A stretch of 64,000 nt of DNA, from positions 31,104,299-31,168,298 of the forward strand of contig NC_134025.1 in the NCBI RefSeq assembly GCF_964204645.1, read 5' to 3'. The notes beneath the pieces are model-generated. The model saw nothing but the letters and a program-made list of their open reading frames with translations, was not told the DNA's origin and did no database searches. Made by a program: the position numbers and the translations under genes. How positions within the stretch are numbered: position 1 is the first letter of the stretch; each line of letters opens with the position of its first letter. This document shows positions 37,501-49,690 of the stretch, piece by piece. The stretch comes from Tubulanus polymorphus. Lineage: Eukaryota; Animalia; Nemertea.

Positions 37501-38985
37501 AACTGAATTGTCAGTGTGTTACAACACTGATGGCCTCCTTTAATACTGCTTCTGTGTGTTAATTAATACACTCTGTTTTGGAGTGATATTGAGTGCAGGA
37601 GTCTCCTCCTTCCTTCTTCAACTGTCATGTAGAAACGTGACAAACGAACTGAATTGTCAGTGTCGTACAACACTGATGGCCTCCTTTAATACTGCTGCTT
37701 GCTGCTGGGTGTTAATTGATACACTCTGTTTTGTAGTGATATTGAGTTTTGGCGAGTTTTGCTTCCTCATCGTCCTCATTACGACTTTACGTTTTAATTG
37801 TATAAATATTCAAAACAGCTATCCATCGATAGCTTTGTGGTGGTTGAATCTTTGAAATGTCGCTGGTCTTGGTACTTTGTATATATTGTAATATATGTCG
37901 GTGAATTGGGATTGATTATGTTTCCTGTTCGTCCTCATTACAACTTTACGTTTTAAATGTATAAATATTCAAAACAGCTATCCATCGATAGCTTTGTGGT
38001 GGTTGAATCATTGAAATGTCGCTGGTGTTGGTACTTTGTATATATTGTAATATATGTCGGTGAATTGGGATTGATCATGTTTCCTGATCGTCCTCATTGC
38101 GACTTTACGTTTTAAATGTATAAATATTTAAAACAGCTATCCATCGATAGCTTTGTGGTGGTTGAATCTTTGAAATGTCGCTGGTGTTGGTTCTTTGTAT
38201 ATATTGTAATATCGGTGAATTGGGATTGATTATGTTTCCTGATCGTCCTTATTGCGACTTTACGTTTTAAATGTATAAATATTTAAAACAGCTATCCATC
38301 GATAGCTTTGTGGTGGTTGAATCTTTGAAATGTCGCTGGTGTTGGTTCTTTGTATATATTGTAATATCGGTGAATTGGGATTGATCATGTTTCCTGATCG
38401 TCCTTATTGCGACTTTACGTTTTAAATGTATAAATATTCAAAACGGCTATCCATCGATAGCTTTGTGGTGGTTGTATCATTGAAATGTCGCTGGTGTTGG
38501 TACTTTGTATATATTGTAATATATGTCGGTGAATTGGGATTGATTATGTTTCCTGATCGTCCTTATTGCGACTTTACGTTTTAAATGTATAAATATTTAA
38601 AACAACTATCCATCGATAGCTTTGTGGTGGTTGTATCATTGAAATGTCGCTGGTGTTGGTACTTTGTATATATTGTAATGGTGAAATGGGATTGATTATG
38701 TTTCCTGATCGTCCTTATTACGACTTTACGTTTTAAATGTATAAATATTTAAAACAGCTATCCATCGATAGCTTTGGGGTGGTTGAATCATTGATATAAT
38801 GCTGGTGTTGGTTCTTTGTATATATTGTATCAGCAAATTATTATCACATTACTCATTTTAAAAGTGTTATACTCAAAGATGCTATTGTTTGATAGCTTCA
38901 CCTGAAGGTTGTGAACTGTCATGTAGAAACGTGACTAATGAACAGAATTGTCAGTGTGTTACAACACTGATGACCTCCTTCAAAA
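34568..38985. repeat. Compound higher-order satellite of 153-bp (A), ~120-bp (B), ~155-160-bp (C) and linker (D) units
   Basis: A/B block, C x4, D, then a second A/B block, C x7, D; accounts for the repetitive ORFs at 34599-37855. Confidence 0.93.
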
Positions 38986-39379
38986 GGTGTTGATGGAAGT
39001 TACGTGTTAAAAAACACTGTTGGTAAATTACTGCTAAACAATTGTTTGTGATAAAATTGAAATTTAGTGATCCCTCCCCCTCTAGAATTGTCAAGTTAAT
39101 TGTGACATACACTGAATTGTAAGTGACCTAAGGCTGGGGTGATATTGAGGTTTAATGCCTTCCCCTCCTTTCCCTTTTTGAATTGACAAAACTGAATTGT
39201 TAGTGACTTGATTATATTACTCCACTTAAGGAGTGATAAAATTGTCGGCGTCTAAACTCTGATGATGAGGTAAACCAGTTTTTAAATCTGTGAGCCGACA
39301 GTGTAAAAAAACTGTTAGAATTCAAATTGCTTTAAACATCTTCAGAAAGATGGTTGATCATCGTAAACACTGGTGAAAA

Positions 39380-39546
39380 CAATTTACGTCCCAATTTACA
39401 CCTGACATCCCATTTTGCACTTGACGTCCCACTTTGCATTTGACGTCCAATTTGCACTTGACATCCCACTTTGCATTTGACGTCCAAATTTGCACTTGAC
39501 GTCCCACTTTGCACTTGACGTCCCACTTTGCACTTACACCGACGCA
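39380..39546. repeat. 19-bp tandem repeat (cccactttgcacttgacgt), ~8 copies
   Basis: Seen directly. Confidence 0.92.
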
Positions 39547-39599
39547 TCGATTGCACAAAACAGCACTGGCACACCCGCGGGTCCATGCGCATGGTAAAC

Positions 39600-41700
39600 A
39601 AATTGATCAGCTTGCAGCATGCCATCTTTGTGTGTGGAAAGAATTTACAAACAGCTGTGAGTTTAAAATTAAAGAAGGTATGTTTGTGTCATTTCTTGTA
39701 CAATCTCCAACAACGATGATGTAAAGAAAAACATAATGTCCATTTTATTATGTTGTAAAAATGAAAAGTGTTGCATAGTTAAATATTAATGAGTAAAATG
39801 AGAGAAAAGAGGAAGAAAGAGAGTCCCAGAGAGAGAAGCGTTGAATTGGTGTCTGTTGTCAGCAGAGATCGTAGGAAATCTCCACCCCTCAAACAGAAAG
39901 TTCAAGATGATACCGAAAGTTTCTGAGGTTCTGAGAAATTTCGCTAAGTCAAGACTATAAATCAGGTAAAATATATATTGCTATGAATTGTTTTGTAGAT
40001 AAGAATGTTTCAACTAGGACGGTAAGTTAGTTATAACATGTAATAATTGCATGTTATCTTATTGTAGTGTGTATTGATTTGGTCGTCAAGTACGAAATAC
40101 CAAAGGATTGATGGGAACCGCCATTCAGGATTGTTCCAGTTGTGCAGAGCAGTATTTAAGGTGCCATAAGTCTGAATTGACTATAAATCAGGTAAAATTA
40201 AAATTTCTTTTTTTAAGAATTATTCATTTTTCTGTGTACATTATAGTATTGAGCTTGTGGTTGGCTGTACAATATCAGATGACAGGAAGATCAGATCAGA
40301 GATGCTGAACAATTTCTTCTTTCAGTGTTTGTCTGTAGAAATCGAAGGTATTCTGAGGAATCTCCACATCAAACAGAAAGTTCAAGAAGATACTAAAAGT
40401 TGCTGGAGTTCTGAGCACTTTCTTTTTTTAAGTCATAAGTCTGAATTGACTATAATCAGGTATAATTGAACTTGATATGAATTTCATTGTAGGAACAGCA
40501 GACTTAATGATGCTGGTTACTTTTATTCTATGTATTTCTGTTGTAGCCAGTGGTTTGTCTGTTTGTTGGTTGTTGGTAGAGAGGAAAGGAACACATTGGA
40601 GTTCACGAAGCGTTCAGCAACTTTCTCAAGGTCCAAGTCATGAGTCTGAATTGACTATAAATCAGGTATGATTAAACCTGATATGAATTTCATGGTAGGA
40701 ACAGCAGACTCAATGAAGCTGGTTACTTTTATTTCATGTATTTCTGTTGTAGCCAGTGGTTTGTCTGTTTGTTGTGGTCGTTGTTGGTAAAGACATGTAA
40801 TACTAGAGGAAAGGGAAACATCAAAGTTCTGGAAGTGTTGAGCAAATTTCTCCAGGTCGATGTCGTGACTCTGAATTGACTATAAATCAGGTATAGTTGA
40901 TATTTATCTTTGGAGAAGAGTCTTAAAAATGATATCATTATTCATATTTTGTGTTTTGTCATTGTAGTATTGAGCTTGTGGTTGGCTGTAGAACATCAGA
41001 TGACAGGAAAAGATCAGATCAGAAATGCCGACCAATTTCTCCGTCAATTCGGGACTTTCAGTGATTGTTACCTACGAGTTAGTGCAGTTCCGTAGATGCT
41101 GACCAATTTCTCCATCAAATCAGGACTTTCAGTGATTGTTACCGCGAGTTATCGTAGTTCCAGAGATGCCGACCAATTTCTCCGTCAAATCGGGACTTTC
41201 AGTGTTTGTTACCGCGAGTTAGCGTAGTTCCAGAGATGCCGACCAATTTCTCCGTCAAATCAGGACTTTCAGTGTTTGTTACTGCAAGTTATCGTAGTTC
41301 CAGAGATGCCGACTAATTTCTCTGTCAAATCGGAACTTTCAGTGTTTGTTACCGTGAGTTAGCCTAGTTCCAGGGATGCCGACCAACTTCTCTGAGGCTG
41401 ATAGCTTCAGTATAGGTTGAATGTAAATACGCATTGAAAAATAAATATGAACTGATGGTTTGATTGGCTGGTTTGTTGTTGAATCTGATTGTGGGTTATT
41501 AATTACTGATGTGCTGCGACTTAGCGTTTTAAATGCATACATTTCAAAGGGCTTCTCTTGTTTTTGTTGTGCTGGTTAAATTATTTTGTAAATGATAATT
41601 GAGGATGTCAAACTTTGGTTTAGAGTTTTGTTACAGTGATGAATGACTGCACTGTGAGATTTTGTACTCGTGACTTTGTAAATACATTTATTTCTTTAAA
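39600..41700 (+). ncRNA. Putative spliced lncRNA or decayed gene made of tandemly duplicated exons
   Basis: Donors at 39678, 39966, 40192, 40460, 40666, 40891 (five preceded by gactata(a)atcag) pair with tag acceptors at 39778, 40067, 40246, 40546, 40752, 40967; introns 55-102 nt; no continuous ORF. Confidence 0.45.
41020..41395. repeat. 70-bp tandem repeat, ~5.3 copies
   Basis: Unit agatgccgaccaatttctccgtcaaatcgggactttcagtgtttgttaccgcgagttagcgtagttccag. Confidence 0.92.
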
Positions 41701-42643
41701 ATGATTGTTTTTGTGTTGCATCTCATTCTGAGGATGTTAAACTCAAGATACACAATTTGGTCTTGACTTGTTTGATTATTATATTGATGAATACATTGAT
41801 TTTATGGTGTTTGATTATCTGTTGAACTATTGTTTATCAATACCATTTGAACTACTAACCACTAGTTGTTTTAACATCAGTATCATTAGTGGTTAGTTGT
41901 TCACTACAAATCGTATGTGTTATTTTTTTCTTTATATAATGTACGGTGGACTCTCTCTTAACTAGAATCATTTCAAGTCCAGTCACTTTTATCTTGGAGT
42001 ATTGATTCTTCAAGCTTGGAAATAAAGACATTGAGCTATTGCATTGAAATTCTTTTATCTGCAGGTGGCAATTATCACCTTGTCTTAATTGATTCGAGTT
42101 AGTCAAGTCTATTGTACATGGATTCTTTTTTCTCTGGAAGTGAATTGAATGAAACGAGACGACAGTTGAACCTCATTAATACGATTGTGTTTACGTTCAG
42201 ATTTCCAGCAGGTCCCGGCTAATTTACATCGATCCATATTTTGATAATACGACAATTTCACTTTCAACCATAAGATTTGTATTTAACTAAGGATCCAATG
42301 TAAAATGAACACTTCAAACAGTTCTCGCTGATGTAGAGACTTTCTTTTATTAAAGTTATCAAGTCTGATTACTCATAAATTATGCATATATCAATCTGCC
42401 GCAGCTTGGCACTACCCTATCTGCTGAGGTTACTCCAGTACCCACCCATACCCTTCAGACACTCGTTTAGACTTTAGACCTTCATAATCTGAAGTACTCG
42501 CTCTTCAAAGACAGCTTGAACCCTCCTCCCACCCCCTTTCAGATAGAATGTCTGGTGTCCAGGCAACAGATCGACACCTTTCTCTTGGCTTTGACTTTGA
42601 GTACAGACCGATCTTGTCTGATTACTCAGAGACTTCGTCAGGT

Positions 42644-42687
42644 CACACCTGACGATGATCTCTAGGGTGAGATCGAAACGTCGTGTC
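42644..42687 (+). ncRNA. Minimal type I hammerhead ribozyme motif (Penelope-associated)
   Basis: acac-CTGACGA-t-gatctc-tagggt-gagatc-GAAAC-GTC-gtgt: helix I acac/gtgt, helix II gatctc/gagatc, palindromic ACGT helix III; downstream 42688-42768 matches the arm of the 55839-56068 element. Confidence 0.8.
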
Positions 42688-43194
42688 TTTTAAATATTTT
42701 AGATTTAATAAATAAATTCTTGTTTTTAAATTCTTTTAATCTGTAAATAGTGGGATTTTATCTTATTGCTCGAGCTGTTTCTGATATGCCATGATGCTGA
42801 AGTAGACGATGAGCCGATGTAAAGGTGTTCTGGGTTCGAACGTAGATGTGGGAATGATCCTAATGTTGAAATGAAGTTAAATAGGACTGTACGATACAAT
42901 TATACATATAACTATTATCGCCACCGATTGGAATTTCGATAAACTATCAAATAGCTAGAATTAACCGTTGTAAATATTTGTAATGTACCACATTTCACAA
43001 GCACCATCTATCGGAATATGGAATAAAATGTCTACAAACGTAGTGGAGTGGCGGGTTCGAACCCAGGCAGTTATGTTTGAAAATGGCTAAGGTTGGTCGT
43101 ATCGGTTCTAATCAAGGTACAGGAAGTAGATTCACTATTTCTAGGTATTGGACTCGTGCCAATCCATACCCGTGATTTAGTCGCTATTTCCATC

Positions 43195-46100
43195 ATGTCG
43201 TCGGCAGATTGGGAAGAAGTGAAGCGATTGGCAGCAGATTTTCAGCGCGCTCAGCTCAGTACTACAGTACAGAGGTATTTTATATCTATATCTAAATACT
43301 AAAGAATACAGTGAATCTGTGTGAGATATATCACTATCAATCATACAGTGATACTCAGTGAAATCCAACCCGGCCCGCCAGATCACAACCACGTCACACA
43401 GTCATATCTGTCAAAAAACTGTTCCGTGTTTGAATCGTCGTATTCAGTTGTAGTTAAGTCCTCCACCCTCAGAGGTTCATTGAATTATTTTTTTTTTTAT
43501 CTTTTAGGACTAACAAATTTTAATAAGAGTGAGCTCTTTTAGTGGAGTCCTCTTTTTTTAGACCAGAATTTCAACAATCTGACAGATTCTACCTTTTTCA
43601 GTTTTGTCGCTTTTGCAATTTTTCTAGATAATTACCTTTGAATAATTGTCTTGTTCAGAATTGTGGGGATCTTGCGGCAGTCCCTGTCTACCCTGCACAG
43701 TCCCTGTGTCTACTCAACTGAGATGGTGACCAATTTACACATTTTCCAGCTTGAATCGAATGAATTGTTTATTTCAGATTGTCAGATCGTAATTGTATCG
43801 AAATTGTTTCTAAATTAATCGGACTCAATTTATTGGACGTTATCTACACAATCGACGGCAAAGAATATTTAACTCCTCAAGAATTAAAAAAAGAAATTCA
43901 CGAAGAACTTTTAGTAAGAGGAGGTAAAAATAGAATTCCGATCCTGTTGAACTCTTTCTCTCTCTCCTCACCCCGTCAGGTTTAAAGCGTGTTATTTATA
44001 TTTTGTAGGGCGTATCAACCTGGTTGAACTACAGCAAATTATCAATGTCGATTTTAGTCATATCGAAACTAAAGCTCATGAAATTGTTAAAACGGAAGGA
44101 GTAAATTTAATTCTTGGGCAACTCATCGATAGGTAAGAATATGCTTTAACTTCGCGACCAGTTAGAAATTTGACTTTTTGAATCAAATGAGTCAGATCTT
44201 AACTGAGGACTTTTTCTGTTTTAGAATACAAGAATTGATGGAAATTCAATTTTCAAGTTCAATTGATTTTCTATAGTTTTGTAAAATCAGGATCCAGGTC
44301 CACAGTTATGTTGGTTAGAATATGTCTTAAGCATCGAAAATGAACGAGTTTTAACTATAATGTAGATAGTGTCAACTGTGCAACTGTTTGGATCCAGTTC
44401 CATTAACAGTAATGACAATAAACGTGAGAGTTAAAACATTGGAAACTAACTAATCTCAACTGTAAACTTAATGAACTACTGTGAAAGGCCCCTTAATAGT
44501 CTTTTCTGCGAGTGAACCCAGTATGATATATTTAAACACAGTTGTCATGTTTTATTTTCAGGTCGTATTTGAGAAGTTTAGCCGAAGAAATCAATGATTA
44601 TTTACAAGAACAAGGCCACATAACAGTAGCTGAACTGACGAAAAAATACGACCTACCATCCGACTACCTTCGTTCATCGGTAAATCATTTATATCTGATT
44701 AATTGAATAATTTTATTAATTTTCTGCTTCAGAGAAGGTAATATATAAGTTCTATTGTAGGTGATTGATAAGTTTATAGGTTCAGTAATTCATGGTAAAA
44801 TCGACAGTTTTGATCACGATATTATCTTCACTCAGTCATTTATTTCGAGAAATAAAGCTAAAGTGCGTGGTGCGTTTAGTTCTCTGACTCGGTAAGCACT
44901 GATCATCATTTTACCAATCAGTTATTCTATTTAACCTATGATACATTATTCATTTGTTTTAAAATTTGTGTATTTTCAGACCAACTTCAGTTTCAAACAT
45001 TCTTCACAAAATTGGAGGCCAAGAGAAAATATTGCATCGTAAGCATGTTACTTTCTCTCCCCTCTCCCCCCTCTGTCCGCTCCCCACTCAGTAACTCTTC
45101 ATTCCATCTCTCTCACCTTCTAACTCTCTCCCCTTCCTCTCCTCACCCTCGCTCTCCTCCTTTCTCCCAGTGCTCTTTCTCAATAATTCCACAATTATCA
45201 GTATGATCTGAATGAATGTATATTTTATTTGATAGATGTAGTAGAAGAACTGATATCTGAATTACCGGGTAGTTTGACCGGTTCCAGGCGTGATAGTGTT
45301 TATATACCTAATATATATATACAAACACAGACTCAATGGGTTCTATCATGCTTCAAACAGAATGGATATCTGGGTACTGTATAAACAGCTTGAATTTATA
45401 CACCGCAAATAATAATCATTTATTGCCATAATTCTTCATGAAATATCCTGTTTGGCTCATAAAATAACATCAATGATGTGAAATAATAATTAAAAGTGCA
45501 CTTAAAAATGAACTGTAGTAAAAAGGTGTGTCTTAATTTGAGATTGAAAAGCCTCTAAGAATCGACTGAAATGTAAACGGAAAAGGAATAGAGCACTATA
45601 ATGATAAAGCTCTATGAACAGTTGATACAAGTTGTTTTTTAGCATTTGATTAAGCTGATATACTTTGAAGTATGAAGGAGTGACCAACTCCGAGCCCTCT
45701 CTGATGGAACACGAGTGGGTTTTGTCCGCGATTTAGTTGTAATCAATGAATGATGTTATTGTAGAATATGATAATATGGTCAGACTCGGAATAACTGATG
45801 CGAAATCCTATATAAAGAAATGGTTGAAGGAGGAGAGTTTATATTATTTGGGGTCGTGTTGCGTTGGACAGGTTTTATTGGATACGGTTGATGCGATGGT
45901 TGATGAATCATTACGTACTGTTTCATGGGTCGACATCAGTGTAAGTTTAACGTTATTTTCCTATCAGAGGATGCCTGCTGGACTCCTTGAAAACTTCTAG
46001 GCTGGTTTTATAGAGCGGTTTTAGCTTTAACTGGGTCCAGTTCCACAGTTCCGAGTTAAGATTTAACTCTCAGTTAAATCATTGTAACCAGCCCTCAAGG

Positions 46101-49100
46101 AAACATTTTCAAGTACCTCAAAACTCCTCTTATTTCGAAAAATAACTCTAAAACTCTATTGGGCTATTTTTATAGACTGGTATCAGCTTAAACCCAGGGG
46201 CTAACTCTATTCGTTTTCAATAGATTTAGCCCTCGGGTTAAAGTAATTTTTGGAAACCTGTATTTCTGTCTGGGACATTAAGCCTAGCGCACATCGACAC
46301 TGCGATTGGAGACAACTAGTTGCAAGGCAGTTTTCGGCGCATGAGAGGAACTGGCTGGATACGATCAGTTGCTTGAATGTGTCGATGTGAGCGAGCTTAC
46401 GATTGGTAAGCGTCGATCTATCTCCAGTTCCAGCCAGTTGCCCGTGTTCTACTTTTGAGCAACTGGTTGTACTCAATCGCAGTCATATCCGTCGATGTGC
46501 GCGCTCTGGATCTCGACGATCGACACGCGCCATGCAGTTGCTGCAACTGACCGGTTGTAACTAGATTTCGATGTGCGCGGGGTAATCGTTCGGTAGCAAC
46601 TAGTTGTCTCCAATCACAGTGTCGATGTGCGCTAGGCTTTAGTTCCTGGCCTGTTGAGTTAGAAGAAGGCTGATGAAGTCTCATGATCATTCTCTATTCT
46701 CTAGAGCTGTTTTGTGTAAAATGTGTTGAATGTTTTGTTTCTATTTTTACAGCAATTCTTGCCGTCGTCGTTTAATACGAAAGATTCGTCTCAATTGTTA
46801 CAAATGTTAACGAAATCGAAGAAAGATATTTCGATATATTGCGACACAATAGTCGTGAAACACAGTTTAATATCTGATCAGAGATCAATGTTAGAATCTT
46901 TGATGCCTGGTAGGGCTGAACATGTAAGTATTAAACAAACATCCCTCCAGCTTGGTGTCAGAAATCATTCAAATATATCCCTGAAATGTGGATCCAGTTC
47001 CACAGTTTTCAATTCAGAACTGTGTAATTGGGTTCAGAACTGTGTAATTGGGTTCAGAACTGTGTAATTGGGTTCAGAACTGTGTAATTGGGTTCAGAAC
47101 TGTGGAATTGGGTTCAGAACTGTGGAATTGGGTTCAGAACTGTAGAACTGAGTCCAGAACTGTGGAATTGGGTTCAGAAGTGTGGAATTGGGTTCAGAAC
47201 TGTGGAATTGGGTTCAGAACTGTGGAATTGAGTTCAGAACTGTGGAATTGGGTTCAGAACTGTGGAATTGGGTTCAGAATTGTGGAATTGGGTTCAGAAC
47301 TGTGGAATTGGCTCTTTGGTCCTGATGAATAGATACTGTGTATGCGATAATTTCTAATTCAAGGATGTTCGACAAAATCCGAATTTACTCTCACCGGACG
47401 GAGAGAAGAAACGCAGTGGATTAGAAGAGTCGGGAAGAGAGAATAAGAAAGATCAGAGACGTCAAAAAGCATCCGGTAAAAATCACCTCAGAAATATCTA
47501 AAATCAACTCCTCAGAAATCTCAAAAATCAACTCAGAAATCTCAGAAATCAACTCCTCAGAAATCTCAAAAATCAACTCAGAAATCTCAGAAATCAACTC
47601 CTCAGAAATATCAAAAATCAACTCCTCAGAAATATCAAAAATCAACTCCTCAGATATCTCAAAAATCAACTCAGAAATATCTCAAATCAACTCATCTTGA
47701 TTCAACTCGACCACTGATTTCTGATTGTTGATCATTGATTGATTTCAGGTAGCAGTAAAGGTGGCGGAACTCAAGGAAGAGAAACTAAAACTAAATCTGT
47801 CAAGAAGAAAGGAGGAAAAGGAGGTCGAGGAGGAGGTGATGATGATGATGAGAATGATGATTTTAGTTCATCATCCTCGTCAAGATCGAGAGGAAACGTC
47901 GAAGTCGAATTTCTAACAGTTGAACAGATAGAGGAGCAATTAATGAAATCATTGAGTGAATGTCCGTCAGAATTTATAACTGAGATTGCGCAACAACTAT
48001 ACAGGTAATAATCACTAACACCCGACAGAGAATCCCCCGACAGAGACCCCCTCTCCCCCGACAGAGACCCCCTCTTCCCCGTACAGAGACCCCCTCTCCT
48101 CCAACAGAGACCTCCTCTCCTCCAACAGAGACCCCCTCTCCTCCAACAGAGACCACTTCTCCCCCTACAGAGACCACCTCTCCCCAAATAGAGGCTGCCT
48201 CCTCCCCACAACAGAGGCCCCAGTACACTTAAATACACTATCTCCCTGGAAACCCCTAGTATCACCTTGCTAGTCTTCTAACCCTCCCCTACGGGGCTAC
48301 CAGTAAACCCCCCTATATATACCCCAGTAACCCTCCCCGTACAGAGACCCCCCGTCCCCCCTCCCCCTGTCCATCTCAATGGCACTGATATTAATGTAAT
48401 GTATATTTACAGGCCGCTGAAGAGACAGTATCAAGAATCAATCAAATCAGTTTATTTACAAACGACTCAAACAGCGACATCATCTGGACGCAAAAAGACA
48501 CACTCGGAATTACAAGATAAAATCAACGGTTTGTGGACGAACATAAAACTATTCGAGAAAGGAATTAAATATTTCAATCGTAAGTTTCAACGTTTTATTT
48601 CAACCGTGGTTTTCAGTGTTGTTTTTATTCTCGGTGTTTTGGAGTTTTTTGTGGTAGTTAATTAAGCGCTTCTATGTTTTAACTATTTTTAGCTTTAGAA
48701 AATCTCAGTATTTTAAATTTACCTCTCATTCTAAGCTTAATTCATATTCATTCATTCACTCATCTAAACATAAATCAATAATTGATTAAAATATTAATCT
48801 TAATAATAATTCAAGCTTCACAGCTTAGCTATAACACAATGCATAGTCGTGTTTTGATGTCATCATACAGGTCCCAGTTGCAAAGATCTGAGTACACTTC
48901 ATTTACAGTTAGAATTAGTTCACAACAATATTTAAAACTGTAAGAGTCTAATTAATGGAACTGTGTAACTGGATCCTGAATCATTAATCCGTAATTCATT
49001 AATGGAGCTTTAAAATGCTTGATGCATGTTGCATGTATTTGACAGCGAGTCACGCAGACAGATGTAAATCTGATTAAAATGGAATTCCTCAGATTTATCG

Positions 49101-49593
49101 GTGCTTATATTTTTCAGTTTTAAAACTACGTGGTAATAATGATCATAGTGAGTATGCTGTCATCCAACTTAACACTTTTCAGTCACCAATCTGCATTTTA
49201 TACAGTAACTGTTGCCTAACTCGGGCAAACTGGAACCGGTAAAATTGGTCTGAGTGAAGCAAAATCCTAATTAAGGATAAGAAAATAATTTTGTTTTTGT
49301 CAGAATTAATCGAAAGTCTTGGTTTTCCGTGTGTCCGAGTCAGGCAAGGTTTACTGAGAGTATACTAATGTTACCGACTCAGTATAAATACAGTAAAACT
49401 TGTTCGTGCTAATAATTCTATAATCATCTCGTGTCCCGAATTGAGAGCAAGTTTTACTGTATTTTTGGTAAAGAATTTCCGTAAAGAATCAATAAAGATT
49501 TGTATCGATTGAATTAGAACATGCATGAGTAGGTTGAGAAAGGTTTTTTGATACCAGTTAAAACTCTGTTAATCTGGATCACATACTGCTGCA

Positions 49594-49690
<97 letters not shown>

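Noticed and set aside
39999-40515. 23-nt microexons at 39999-40021 and 40493-40515
   Set aside because: Would need 31-46-nt flanking introns, far below the ~80-100-nt introns of the genes here; treated as parts of single 87-102-nt introns
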